Below, one piece after another: positions 28,067 to 37,035 of a stretch of 64,000 nucleotides of DNA. Each line of letters opens with the position of its first letter. The stretch's first letter is position 1. Made by a program: the position numbers and the translations under genes. A model generated the notes under the pieces. The model saw only the letters and a list, made by a program, of their open reading frames with translations, searched no databases and was not told where the DNA came from. Source of the stretch: Candidatus Omnitrophota bacterium. GTDB taxonomy: Bacteria > Omnitrophota > Gorgyraeia > Duberdicusellales > 4484-171. The DNA lies in assembly GCA_018826075.1 (NCBI GenBank), contig JAHKAJ010000024.1, positions 4,343 to 68,342 of the forward strand, read 5' to 3'.

Positions 28067-29242
28067 GTGAAACAGTTTCTTGAAGGTTCCTGGGCGGTGG
28101 CGCAAGCGACTAAACTTTGCCGTCCCGGCGTAGTAGCAGCTTATCCGATAACACCCCAGACTCATATTGTTGAGCATCTGGCCCAATTTATCGCCGACGG
28201 CGACCTGAAAGCGCAAACTCTGAATGTGGAAAGTGAACATTCGGCGGCTTCAGTAGTCCTGGGTTCACAGGCTGCCGGAGTCAGGAGTTTTACCTGTACT
28301 AGCTCTCAAGGCCTTCTTTTGATGGGTGAAGTTGTTTTTTGTATAGCCGGTATGCGGCTTCCGGTGATGATGGTCTGTGCTAACCGGGCGATTTCAGCAC
28401 CGATTAATATTTGGAATGATCAGCAGGATTCAATATCTTTACGGGATGCCGGTTGGATACAGTTTTATGCCGAAAACAATCAGGAAGCAGTAGACCTGAT
28501 CATTGCCGGCTACAAAATCGGCGAAAATCCTAAGATCATGCTTCCGATAATGGTCTGTATGGATGGTTTTATTTTGACTCATGGTATGGAAGTCGTAGAT
28601 GTCCCGGATCAGGCCGAGGTCGATAAATTTCTTCCCAGCTACAAACCGCCCTATAAACTAGATGTAAACGACCCGATGAGCTTCGGCCTTTTAGGTGATC
28701 CTACGGTTTATACGGAAACGCGTTTTGCGATCCAGGATACTTTTAAAGATTTGCTTAAGCTCATACCGGATGTCGGGGCCGAATACAGTAAAGTTTTTGG
28801 CCGCCAGAGCATAAGATTAGTTGAGGAATATCTTATGGAGGATGCTGATACCGTTTTGGTGGCTATGGGGTCGGTTTGCGGGACAATAAAAGATGTAATT
28901 GATCTTGAACGCCAGAAAGGCAAAAAGGTCGGCCTGCTTAAAGTAGTGACTTACCGTCCGTTTCCTAAAGAAGCGATAAAAAAATCTTTAGCTAAAGTTA
29001 AATCTATCGGCGTGTTGGATAAAGATATTTCTTTGGGTTCTGACGGAGCTTTGTTTACTGAAGTCAAGGCAATCACTCCTGAGGATAAAAAAATCAGCGG
29101 CTTTATCGCTGGTTTAGGCGGCCGGGATATTCGGCCGGAATCTATTGAAAAGATGATTGTTACAACTGAAAAAGGTTCGGGATCTTCTGAATTTATCGAC
29201 TTAAATAAAGATTTGCTGTGGAACGAATTCCGGGTGATATAG
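28067..29242 (+). CDS. porA: Pyruvate:ferredoxin oxidoreductase alpha subunit
   Basis: 391-aa PFOR domain I/II-like sequence (AYPITPQT…, GMRLPVMMV). Confidence 0.8.
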   Translation: MKQFLEGSWAVAQATKLCRPGVVAAYPITPQTHIVEHLAQFIADGDLKAQTLNVESEHSAASVVLGSQAAGVRSFTCTSSQGLLLMGEVVFCIAGMRLPVMMVCANRAISAPINIWNDQQDSISLRDAGWIQFYAENNQEAVDLIIAGYKIGENPKIMLPIMVCMDGFILTHGMEVVDVPDQAEVDKFLPSYKPPYKLDVNDPMSFGLLGDPTVYTETRFAIQDTFKDLLKLIPDVGAEYSKVFGRQSIRLVEEYLMEDADTVLVAMGSVCGTIKDVIDLERQKGKKVGLLKVVTYRPFPKEAIKKSLAKVKSIGVLDKDISLGSDGALFTEVKAITPEDKKISGFIAGLGGRDIRPESIEKMIVTTEKGSGSSEFIDLNKDLLWNEFRVI

Positions 29243-29249
29243 GCATATA

Positions 29250-29280
29250 TGTAGGGGCGACCCGACGGGTCGCCCCTACA
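29250..29280 (+). repeat. REP-like palindrome copy 2 (TGTAGGGGCGACCCG-A-CGGGTCGCCCCTACA), located inside the por operon between porA and porB
   Basis: Same palindrome as at 20774 and 41822. Only the central nucleotide differs. Confidence 0.7.
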
Positions 29281-29300
29281 GAACGAGGTAAAAGATAGAT

Positions 29301-30185
29301 ATGGAACGAAAACATTTTACTGAAAATCTTTATGTGTCCGGGCATACAGCCTGTTCAGGCTGCGGCCAGTCAATGGCTGTACGGATAGTGATGAATACTG
29401 CCGGAAAAAATACCATGGTGGCTAATTCAACTGGTTGTCTTGAGGTTTTTTCGACTAAAGCGCCGGAAACTGCTTTTGGTGTACCTTGGATTCATTCGCT
29501 GTTTGAGAATTCAGCGGCAGTAGCCAGCGGCATAGAAGCGGCTTTAAAGCATCTAGGCACCCTTGATAAAATAAAAGTGATCTCTCAGGCCGGCGACGGT
29601 GGAACCGGAGACATCGGTTTGCAGGCAATATCCGGGATGCTTGAGCGCGGCCATGATATTTTATTTGTTTGTTACGATAATGAAGCCTATATGAATACCG
29701 GTATCCAGCGCAGCGGCTTGACCCCGTTTTATGCTAATACTACTACTTCACCGGTAGGTAAAAATTCTTTCGGTAACCCTCAAGTCAAAAAACCGGTGGT
29801 TGAGATCTGTGCCGCACACCATATTCCTTATTCAGCTACAGCTTCTGTAGGAAACCCTAAGGATATTGAGCGGAAAGTTAAAAAAGCCTTGTCGATCCGC
29901 GGCCCGAAATATCTACAGATCCATGTGCCTTGTCCTTTAGGTTGGAAATCTGAACCTTCTCAGACTATTGAGATCGCCCGCCTAGCAGTGGCTTGCGGTT
30001 TATATCCTTTGGTCGAATACGAATACGGAAAACTGGTAAGGGTTAATAAGTTGCCGGCGGCTAAACCAGTTGCTGATTACTTAAAGCTTCAAGGCCGCTT
30101 TCGCCATTTATTGAAGAAACCCGAAGAGCTAAAACGGGTTCAGGAAGTCGCTGACAAAAATATTGAATATTACGGATTGAAGTAG
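29301..30185 (+). CDS. porB: Pyruvate:ferredoxin oxidoreductase beta subunit (TPP-binding)
   Basis: A Cys-rich N-terminus (CSGCGQS) and a TPP-binding GDG…N region (AGDGGTGDIG). Confidence 0.8.
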   Translation: MERKHFTENLYVSGHTACSGCGQSMAVRIVMNTAGKNTMVANSTGCLEVFSTKAPETAFGVPWIHSLFENSAAVASGIEAALKHLGTLDKIKVISQAGDGGTGDIGLQAISGMLERGHDILFVCYDNEAYMNTGIQRSGLTPFYANTTTSPVGKNSFGNPQVKKPVVEICAAHHIPYSATASVGNPKDIERKVKKALSIRGPKYLQIHVPCPLGWKSEPSQTIEIARLAVACGLYPLVEYEYGKLVRVNKLPAAKPVADYLKLQGRFRHLLKKPEELKRVQEVADKNIEYYGLK

Positions 30186-30196
30186 GAGGATTCGTT

Positions 30197-30382
30197 ATGT
30201 CTAAGGTTAAGATTGACGAAAATGCTTGTGTTGGTTGCGGTTTGTGCGTTAATATTTGTGCTGAAGTTTTTGAGCTGGCCGATAACGGCATTGTCAAAGT
30301 CAAAGCTCATGAATGCGCCAGTTGCGACCTTTCCGAGGTAGCTTCTCAATGCCCGGTTAATGCGATTTTAATTGAAGATTAG
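30197..30382 (+). CDS. Small 2x[4Fe-4S]-type ferredoxin
   Basis: 61 aa with CVGCGLCVNIC and C…CASCDLSEVASQCP. Confidence 0.7.
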   Translation: MSKVKIDENACVGCGLCVNICAEVFELADNGIVKVKAHECASCDLSEVASQCPVNAILIED

Positions 30383-30395
30383 TTTTTAGTTAACT

Positions 30396-30433
30396 AAAAA
30401 CCCCGTTTGAAGAGATTTAAACGGGGTATTTTT
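30396..30433. terminator. Bidirectional rho-independent terminator between convergent ferredoxin and ppiD-like genes
   Basis: AAAAA-CCCCGTTT-loop-AAACGGGG-TATTTTT. A-run and T-run flank the stem on both sides. Confidence 0.65.
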
Positions 30434-30441
30434 CTATCAGT

Positions 30442-31890
30442 TTAAGGCAGGAAGTCAAGGGTCAGGTTAGCTTCGGTTTTTATCTTTTCCAGAAATCGCT
30501 GGTATTTGAACAACCTTTTATTCTGGTCGATCAAAGCGTAGTAGTTATCTTTTTTCTTCTGAAAATCCTTTTCATCAAAATCAGTCAGGTTTTTTAATTG
30601 AATAATAACAGCAGCGGTTTCTTTCAGGAATAGCTGTGAATCGACTTGATCAGGTTGTAGCGAAAAAACTGCTTGGCTGATTCTTGAGTCAACCCCCAAC
30701 CCTTCAATATAATCGTAAAATTTAAAGTAGCCGGTTTCCTGGTAGGTGATATTTTCTTGGCTGGCTATTTTTTTCAAATTGGTAAGATTTTCGGTTTTTA
30801 TCTTTTCAAGCAGCTCCCGGCTGAACCTTTCGGTTTCGGTCTTTGCCCGCTCCAGCACCAGGCGGTCATTGACTTCAGCCTCAATATCAGAAAGCGGCGG
30901 AGTGAATTGTGGTTGTTGGTCAAGTTTTTCGATGATCAGGATCCCTTTTTCGGTTTCCAGCGGAGGAGTTAAACTGTTTTTATCCAGCGAAAAAGCTATT
31001 TGGGTTATTTCCGGCTGCCAGCCGATTTCCTCGATCGGATCGGAAATCCCGATTGGCCCGGTTTCCTTAAGCGGCAGATTATACATTTCAGCCAGTTTAT
31101 TCAAAACCTTGATTTCGGAAAGGCTTTTAAGGATATTGGTGACTTTGGGGTTATTTTTTTCGATAAGGACATAAGCAATGGTGACTTTGGCTTCCCGTTC
31201 AAAGAACAGTTTATTGTTTTGATAAAAATCTTCGATTTCAGCCGGGGTGATCCCGATCTCGACTTTAAATTTTTCATAGGGAATGGTCAAATAGGCGATT
31301 TTAGCTTTTTGGCTATCACGCAGGTAGAGCTCTTTGATTTCTTCAGGTTTCACGTCGACCTCGGCATATTTTTGGAATAATTTATCGATTTTTACGAACG
31401 AACGGATATATTCCTCAAAACTACGGGCGTCCAAGCCTAAATTGTAGCGCCGGGAAATAGTCTGCAAGAAACGAGCGTAGGTTTCTGGGTTAAATTTTCT
31501 TCCGGCGAACAGGTTTCGGATGATATAATTTCTGACTTCCTGGTTGCTGGCGGTGATTTTTTCCTGTTTAGCTTTCCAGATCAAAACCAAAAAGTCAAAA
31601 CCCAAGCGTTCAAAATCAAGCGGAGTTAAAGTTTTAGCGTCTTCCTTGGAGAGGATAAGCTGGATTTGGGCCAGGCGAATAGCGTTTTGAAGTTCAGAAA
31701 GGGTTATTTTTTTCCCGCCGATTTTACCGATCGGTTTTTTATCCCGGCCGCTTAAGTAAAAACCGGCTCCTGAGAGCCCAAAAGCGATGATAATCACTAT
31801 TGCCAGTATCCAGATTATCTTTTTAGCATGACGGTCGCGAAATTGGTTAAGCATGACGCCTATATTATCATAGAAAGCCTGTCTTGCCAA
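30442..31890 (-). CDS. Membrane-anchored periplasmic chaperone, SurA-N-terminal-domain type (PpiD-like); no clear PPIase motif recognised
   Basis: N-terminal TM (IIWILAIVIIIAFGLSGAGFYL) followed by a long helical chaperone-like domain. The call comes from overall architecture only. Confidence 0.4.
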   Translation of the reverse strand: MARQAFYDNIGVMLNQFRDRHAKKIIWILAIVIIIAFGLSGAGFYLSGRDKKPIGKIGGKKITLSELQNAIRLAQIQLILSKEDAKTLTPLDFERLGFDFLVLIWKAKQEKITASNQEVRNYIIRNLFAGRKFNPETYARFLQTISRRYNLGLDARSFEEYIRSFVKIDKLFQKYAEVDVKPEEIKELYLRDSQKAKIAYLTIPYEKFKVEIGITPAEIEDFYQNNKLFFEREAKVTIAYVLIEKNNPKVTNILKSLSEIKVLNKLAEMYNLPLKETGPIGISDPIEEIGWQPEITQIAFSLDKNSLTPPLETEKGILIIEKLDQQPQFTPPLSDIEAEVNDRLVLERAKTETERFSRELLEKIKTENLTNLKKIASQENITYQETGYFKFYDYIEGLGVDSRISQAVFSLQPDQVDSQLFLKETAAVIIQLKNLTDFDEKDFQKKKDNYYALIDQNKRLFKYQRFLEKIKTEANLTLDFLP

Positions 31891-31943
31891 TAGTCTTAGT
31901 TTATGTTATCTTTTAAGCAGTTGATTATGGTTCATTGATAAAT

Positions 31944-32299
31944 GGGGGTGTAAAGGCTTCGACGTACTGGCTAAATGAACGGCCGCATGCCGCGAGGGTA
32001 AGCCGCCCGCGTTAACGGGGCTTACAAAACACAAATGCAACACCTTACGTTGCTGAACCTGAATACGCGTTAAGCTAATCAGGGCACTGATATTCTTTAC
32101 CTCAAGGGGTATTAGTGTTTAAACTAAGAGGTTAGGATCCGGTTCTTTTGCTTTGAGAGCCTGGTCTGAAAACAAGAAAGCTGCTGCTCGGAGGATCTGG
32201 CCCTTTAGAGCCTTGGGGCTTAAGCTAAACAGAGGGATAAGCATGTAGTGGCTTTTCGTTGAACCTTTACGGACGCGGGTTCGATTCCCGCCACCTCCA
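31944..32299 (+). ncRNA. ssrA: tmRNA (SsrA)
   Basis: The 5' GGGGGTG pairs with the 3' CACCTCC to form a 7-bp acceptor stem with a G3:U70 pair. The 5' GGCTTCGACG is a D-analogue. A 3' T-arm GCGGGTTCGATTCCCGC is followed by discriminator A. An internal tag-like ORF reads …ANTNATPYVAEPEYALS-stop. A T-run follows. Confidence 0.85.
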
Positions 32300-32397
32300 G
32301 TTTTTATTTTTGCAAAGTAAAAAACGGTATGGTAAAATAAATTAAGTTTCAGTTAACTTTTTTTGTACAGAATTTTTTGTAAAACAAAGGGGGCAGG

Positions 32398-32712
32398 ATG
32401 GCTAAAAAAAATGATGGGCTAAAGGAGATGTTGGATAAGATTTGGCCGAAGACTAAAAAGGAATTGGAAAAGGGTATTGTCGAGGCAAAAAAGATGCTCG
32501 GCAAGGGCGAGAAATATCTTAAGCAAGTTTCGGAACGGGGAGTCATTAAGACCAAGAAACTTTCTTTAGGATTAAAGAAAGAGAAGCTGTATTATGATTT
32601 AGGCAAGGCTTTAGCTAAAACCCAGGCTAGCGAATGGCCGGCTAACCGAAAGATCAGCAGCCTGCTCGGCCAAATTAAAAACTTGGATCAGCAGATTCGG
32701 AAAATAAAATAA
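32398..32712 (+). CDS. Hypothetical Lys-rich small protein (104 aa)
   Basis: A clean ORF after tmRNA with a GGAGG-like RBS (AAAGGGGGCAGG). No recognisable motif. Confidence 0.4.
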   Translation: MAKKNDGLKEMLDKIWPKTKKELEKGIVEAKKMLGKGEKYLKQVSERGVIKTKKLSLGLKKEKLYYDLGKALAKTQASEWPANRKISSLLGQIKNLDQQIRKIK

Positions 32713-32739
32713 ATAGTCAGCAAAAGGGGGAAAGCAGTT

Positions 32740-33057
32740 ATGGAAATCAACCTCACCGCCAAAAATTTTCAGTCTGAAGTTATTGAGGCTAAAACGCCGG
32801 TATTAGTCGATTTTTGGGCTCCCTGGTGCGGGCCTTGCAAGCTGGTCGCACCTTATCTTGAGCAGTTAGCTAAAGAATACGAGGGTAAACTCAAGGTTTG
32901 CAAGCTTAACGTTGATGAAGCCCCGGATTTAGCCACTAAATATACGATAATGAGTATACCGGCCTTGTTGATATTTAAAGACGGCAAGATTATGGAAAAG
33001 CGGGTCGGGGCAATGGGTAAAAATGAGCTTGAGAAGTTTAGCCAAGCTTATTTGTAG
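32740..33057 (+). CDS. trxA: Thioredoxin
   Basis: WAPWCGPC active site in a 105-aa protein. Confidence 0.95.
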   Translation: MEINLTAKNFQSEVIEAKTPVLVDFWAPWCGPCKLVAPYLEQLAKEYEGKLKVCKLNVDEAPDLATKYTIMSIPALLIFKDGKIMEKRVGAMGKNELEKFSQAYL

Positions 33058-33158
33058 TCTTTTTCTTCCCTCCTAAATAATATATGGCTCCGGCTAAAAA
33101 ATACTTGCCGATAAGCTGATATATTGCTATAATCATACGGTTTAAACCGGCTTATCAC

Positions 33159-33232
33159 GGGCCCGTAGCTCAGCTGGTTAGAGCAGGACACTCATAATGT
33201 CTTGGTCCGGGGTTCGAGTCCCTGCGGGCCCA
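33159..33232 (+). tRNA. tRNA-Met (anticodon CAT; elongator-type, could alternatively be lysidine-modified tRNA-Ile2)
   Basis: Cloverleaf with acceptor GGGCCCG/CGGGCCC, D-arm GCTCAGCTGGTTAGAGC, anticodon loop CTCATAA and T-loop GGTTCGAGTCC. No encoded CCA. Confidence 0.85.
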
Positions 33233-33339
33233 TTCTGCTTCGCCGCTCGAGCAGCAAAATTACGGTGCGGCTACGCAGTAATTTGAGTAGTCCTGCGAAG
33301 CTCTACCGGCGTGTTAGAAAGTCTAAGAGCGAAGTAGAC

Positions 33340-33413
33340 GCGCGCATGGCTCAGTTGGCTAGAGCATTGCCTTCACATGGCAGGGATCGCTGGTTCAAGT
33401 CCAGCTGCGCGCA
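33340..33413 (+). tRNA. tRNA-Val (anticodon CAC)
   Basis: Acceptor GCGCGCA/TGCGCGC, D-arm GCTCAGTTGGCTAGAGC, anticodon loop TTCACAT and T-loop GGTTCAAGTCC. Confidence 0.85.
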
Positions 33414-33435
33414 TTTAAAAATTTAAGCAGTTTTC

Positions 33436-34161
33436 ATGAATTTAAAAGACGAAATCAGAAAATTAGCCGAACTTCAGGAGTTGGATTCCCAAATATACGA
33501 GTTAAACCGGGAGCACGACGTAACCAAGCCGGAATCATTGCAAAAAATAAAAACTGATTTTCAGGAAAAACAAAGCACATTGGCAAAGTTTGAAACCGAT
33601 CTGAAAAATCTGCAGTTAAAGAAAAAAGAACGTGAAATTGAGCTGGCAACTAAAGAAGACAGTTTGCGTAAAGCCCAGGGGCAGCTTTATCAATTGAAAA
33701 CCAACAAAGAGTATCAAGCTAAACTTACTGAAATCGGTTCGTTGAAGGCCGATATTTCGGTTGCCGAAGAGGAAGTTTTAAAGACCCTTGAAGAAATCGA
33801 TGTAGCCAAAACTAAGTTAGACCAGGAAAAGGCCGTTGTTCTTGAGATTGAAAATAAATATAAGCTTCAAGAAGGGAAAGTAAATCAGGAGATAAAAGAT
33901 ATCGAGGTGAAACTTTCAAGTCTAAACAGTAAGCGCGATCAACTCTCCCGAGAAATTGATAAGACCATCGCGGTCAAATACGAAAAGTTGATTTTAAGCC
34001 GTAATGGCCTGGCGCTAGCGGCGGTGAAAAACAACAATTGCAGTGCTTGCCATCTAGCCCTGACTCATCAGAAAATAAATGAAATAAAAATGTACGATAA
34101 TATGGTTTTTTGTGAAAACTGTGTGCGAATGCTTTATCTGCCAGAGGATATTTTCCAATGA
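33436..34161 (+). CDS. Coiled-coil protein with C-terminal C4 zinc-ribbon (DUF164-like)
   Basis: A long heptad-rich N-terminus and a C-terminal CSACH…CENC zinc ribbon. Translationally coupled to the downstream RNase H gene. Confidence 0.55.
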   Translation: MNLKDEIRKLAELQELDSQIYELNREHDVTKPESLQKIKTDFQEKQSTLAKFETDLKNLQLKKKEREIELATKEDSLRKAQGQLYQLKTNKEYQAKLTEIGSLKADISVAEEEVLKTLEEIDVAKTKLDQEKAVVLEIENKYKLQEGKVNQEIKDIEVKLSSLNSKRDQLSREIDKTIAVKYEKLILSRNGLALAAVKNNNCSACHLALTHQKINEIKMYDNMVFCENCVRMLYLPEDIFQ

Positions 34162-34550
34162 CAGTTTATATCGACGGCGCTTCGGTAGGCAATCCCGGTA
34201 AAAGCGGTATCGGTTATTTGATCTACGATCAGGGCCGCTGCTTAAAAAAAGAAAGTATTTATCTAGGCGTACAGTCAAACAACTTTGCCGAATATATGGC
34301 CTTGATTTTTTCGTTAGCCGAGATAACTGCCATGGGCCAGAAAGAAGCGGCAGTATTTTCTGACAGTGAATTGATCTGTGAACAGATCAAGGGTAACTAC
34401 AAGGTGAAAAATCAAAATCTCTATCCGCTTTATGTTTTAGCCAAGACTTTGATCTCAAAATTAGACAAGTTTACTATAACTCATATCGATCGGGAGAAAA
34501 ATCAGGAAGCTGATAAATTAGCTAAGCAAGCAACTGGATTTTTAGTATAG
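34158..34550 (+). CDS. rnhA: Ribonuclease H (type 1 family)
   Basis: MTVYIDGASVGNPGKSGIGY…NNFAEYMALI…D…REKNQEAD carries the DEDD catalytic-residue pattern of RNase HI. Confidence 0.7.
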   Translation: MTVYIDGASVGNPGKSGIGYLIYDQGRCLKKESIYLGVQSNNFAEYMALIFSLAEITAMGQKEAAVFSDSELICEQIKGNYKVKNQNLYPLYVLAKTLISKLDKFTITHIDREKNQEADKLAKQATGFLV

Positions 34551-34569
34551 CCTAATTAAGGAGGTAATA

Positions 34570-35325
34570 ATGAGTGGTCATTCAAAATGGGCAAGTATTA
34601 AACATAAAAAAGGAGCGGCTGACGCTAAACGCGGCCGCCTGTTTACAAAATTAATCCGGGAAATTACCGTAGCCGCCAAGTCCGGAGGTGGTAACTCCGA
34701 TACCAATCCCAGCCTGCGCACTGCTGTTTCCCGGGCCCAGGCCGCTAATATGCCTAAAGATAATATTGAGAAGGCAATTAAGAAAGGCACTGGCGAACTT
34801 CCCGGGGTAAACTATGAAAGCTGCGTTTTTGAAGGCTATGGCCCGGGAGGAGTTGCGATCATCGTTGATGTCCTTACTGATAATAAAAACCGGGCTTCTG
34901 CTGAAATCCGCAATATTTTTACTAAGCGTGGTGCCAATATGGCCGGCGCTGGCAGCGTAGCCTGGATTTTCACATCTAAAGGCTATATTTTGATCGATAA
35001 AGAGGTTATTTCTGAAGAGGAGCTTTTTTCGCTGTGTATTGATGCCGGAGCTGAAGACATAAAAGCTGCCGATAAAAGTTTTGAAGTTTATTGCGACCCT
35101 AAAGATTTTGAAAAAGTAAAAGCGGCTCTGGAAGCTAAAAAGATTACTTGGGAAGAGGCCGACCTGACTAAAGTTCCAAACTCTACTGTCCGAGTCGGCG
35201 GGCCAGAAGCCAAGCAACTCCTTTCGCTTGTCGAATCGCTGGAAGACCATGATGATGTCCAAAAGGTTTACGCTAACTTTGATATTCCTGATGATGTTTT
35301 AGAAAAGATAGCCCAGGAGATCTAA
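34570..35325 (+). CDS. yebC: YebC/PmpR family DNA-binding transcriptional regulator
   Basis: Highly conserved N-terminus MSGHSKWASIKHKKGAADAKRG. Confidence 0.95.
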   Translation: MSGHSKWASIKHKKGAADAKRGRLFTKLIREITVAAKSGGGNSDTNPSLRTAVSRAQAANMPKDNIEKAIKKGTGELPGVNYESCVFEGYGPGGVAIIVDVLTDNKNRASAEIRNIFTKRGANMAGAGSVAWIFTSKGYILIDKEVISEEELFSLCIDAGAEDIKAADKSFEVYCDPKDFEKVKAALEAKKITWEEADLTKVPNSTVRVGGPEAKQLLSLVESLEDHDDVQKVYANFDIPDDVLEKIAQEI

Positions 35326-35327
35326 GA

Positions 35328-35822
35328 GTGGTAGTTTTAGGGGTTGATGTCGGGATAAGAGTCTTAGGATACGTTCTTTGTAAACTACACGGTTTGGAGG
35401 TTAGCTTACTCAAAGAGAGCCAGATTAAACCCGACCCCAAAAAAACTTTACCTGAAAAACTGGGTTATATTTTTCAGGAGTTATCTGGTGATATTAGTCA
35501 ATATCAGCCCAAAGCCATAGTGGTTGAAAAACTTTATTCGCACTATCGTCATCCTACCACTTTAGGAGTTTTGGCCCAGGTGCGCGGCGCGGTAGCTTTG
35601 CTGGCTCATCAGCGGGCAGTAGATTTTTTTGAATATTCACCCACCCGGGCTCGTAAATCTTTTTTGGGAAAGGGAAGTGCTGATTCCCGCCAGGTTCAGC
35701 GGATGGCTGAAAATATCACCGGTAGGAGTTTTATTTCCGGGCACACCGCGGATGCGTTTTCTTTAGTGGTGGCTTTTTCCCATGCTCAAAAACTAAAAAA
35801 AGTGTTAGAGGGGGCTTTCTAA
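35328..35822 (+). CDS. ruvC: Crossover junction endodeoxyribonuclease RuvC (GTG start)
   Basis: VLGVDVGIRVLGYV fits the RuvC N-terminal catalytic Asp region. 164 aa, with RBS AGGAGA. Confidence 0.75.
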   Translation: MVVLGVDVGIRVLGYVLCKLHGLEVSLLKESQIKPDPKKTLPEKLGYIFQELSGDISQYQPKAIVVEKLYSHYRHPTTLGVLAQVRGAVALLAHQRAVDFFEYSPTRARKSFLGKGSADSRQVQRMAENITGRSFISGHTADAFSLVVAFSHAQKLKKVLEGAF

Positions 35823-35839
35823 AGCTTTGAAAATAGTTT

Positions 35840-36451
35840 ATGATCTATAAGCTTAAAGGTAAACTGGTCAAAAAAGAGGATCACCGAGTGATCATCGATG
35901 TTAACGGTATTTTTTATGAGGTGAATATACCGCAAACTGTTGCTAGGAACCTTAAACCCGATGCCAATAATAATGTTGAGTTGATCATTTATCATTATTT
36001 GTCGATGGATCAAAACCGGGGAATCCCGGTTTTAGTCGGATTCAGCGAAGAGTTGGAAAAAGATTTTTTTGAGAAGTTTATCAGCGTTACCGGAGTCGGG
36101 CCACGGGCAGCTTTAAAAGCATTTGAGGAACCAGTGCCAGCTATTGCCCAGGCGATTGAAAGAGGCGATTCAGGATTTCTTACTAGTTTAGTCGGTATCG
36201 GCAACCAGCGGGCTAAACAGATCATTGCTCATCTTCAGGGTAAAGTCGGCAGGTTTGCCCTTATCCGGACTGAAGAAACGAAACCCGAGCCTCAAAAAAC
36301 CGCAGTCATCGAAGAAGCCAAACAGATCTTGCGGCGCCTTCAATATAACCCGCGGGAAATCGAAACTATGATTGAGAAGGCGGTTTCCGCCAACTCCGGG
36401 TTGGGCAGCAGTGAAGAGTTATTAAATGAGATCTATCGTCAGAGGAAATAG
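35840..36451 (+). CDS. ruvA: Holliday junction branch migration protein RuvA
   Basis: N-terminus MIYKLKGKL…VIIDVNGIFYEVNI and an HhH domain (GVGPRAALKA). Confidence 0.85.
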   Translation: MIYKLKGKLVKKEDHRVIIDVNGIFYEVNIPQTVARNLKPDANNNVELIIYHYLSMDQNRGIPVLVGFSEELEKDFFEKFISVTGVGPRAALKAFEEPVPAIAQAIERGDSGFLTSLVGIGNQRAKQIIAHLQGKVGRFALIRTEETKPEPQKTAVIEEAKQILRRLQYNPREIETMIEKAVSANSGLGSSEELLNEIYRQRK

Positions 36452-36454
36452 ACT

Positions 36455-37018
36455 ATGGATAACCAAAAAATAAAATCGATTCTTGAATCCTTACTTTTTA
36501 TTAATGAACGACCGGTAGAGGTAAATGAGCTCTTGGATGTCCTTGAAGTCGGAAAAAAAGAGATCGAAGCTGCGGCTTCTGATCTGATCGAGGAGTATAA
36601 ACAACGTCAAAGCGGGATATCGATTGTGAAGGTAGCTGGCGGATATCAAATGTGTTCGACTCCCGACAATGAGCCTTGGGTTAAAAAGATGTACCAGGAG
36701 CGGACTAAACAAAAACTTTCTACGGCTTCACTGGAAACTTTGGCGATTGTGGCTTACAAACAGCCGATTACCCGTATCGAGGTCGAAGCTATCCGTGGCG
36801 TCAATATCGACGGTGTGGTAAAAAAGTTAACTGATGCCGGATTGATCAAAATCGGCGGTAGAAAAGATGTAGTCGGCCGGCCGTTTCTTTATATCACTAC
36901 CCGTAAATTTTTGGAATATTTTGGAATTAACAGCTTAAAAGACCTGCCTAAATTGGAAGATTTTGTTGCTTTGGCTGGCAAAGAACAGGAATCTCCGGCG
37001 CCGGCAGAGTCAGGATAA
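36455..37018 (+). CDS. scpB: Segregation and condensation protein B
   Basis: Tandem winged-helix ScpB architecture (…ILESLLFINERPV…, …YKQPITRIEVEAIRGV…). Confidence 0.8.
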   Translation: MDNQKIKSILESLLFINERPVEVNELLDVLEVGKKEIEAAASDLIEEYKQRQSGISIVKVAGGYQMCSTPDNEPWVKKMYQERTKQKLSTASLETLAIVAYKQPITRIEVEAIRGVNIDGVVKKLTDAGLIKIGGRKDVVGRPFLYITTRKFLEYFGINSLKDLPKLEDFVALAGKEQESPAPAESG

Positions 37019-37035
37019 ACAAAGGAGATTAAAGT

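Noticed and set aside
30746-31380. Plus-strand ORFs (142, 71 and 126 aa) inside the minus-strand ppiD-like gene
   Set aside because: They are antisense shadow ORFs within a long, coherent minus-strand CDS. Their translations are low complexity.
33202-33426. 74-aa ORF spanning both tRNA genes
   Set aside because: It overlaps two confidently folded tRNAs, so it is a spurious ORF.
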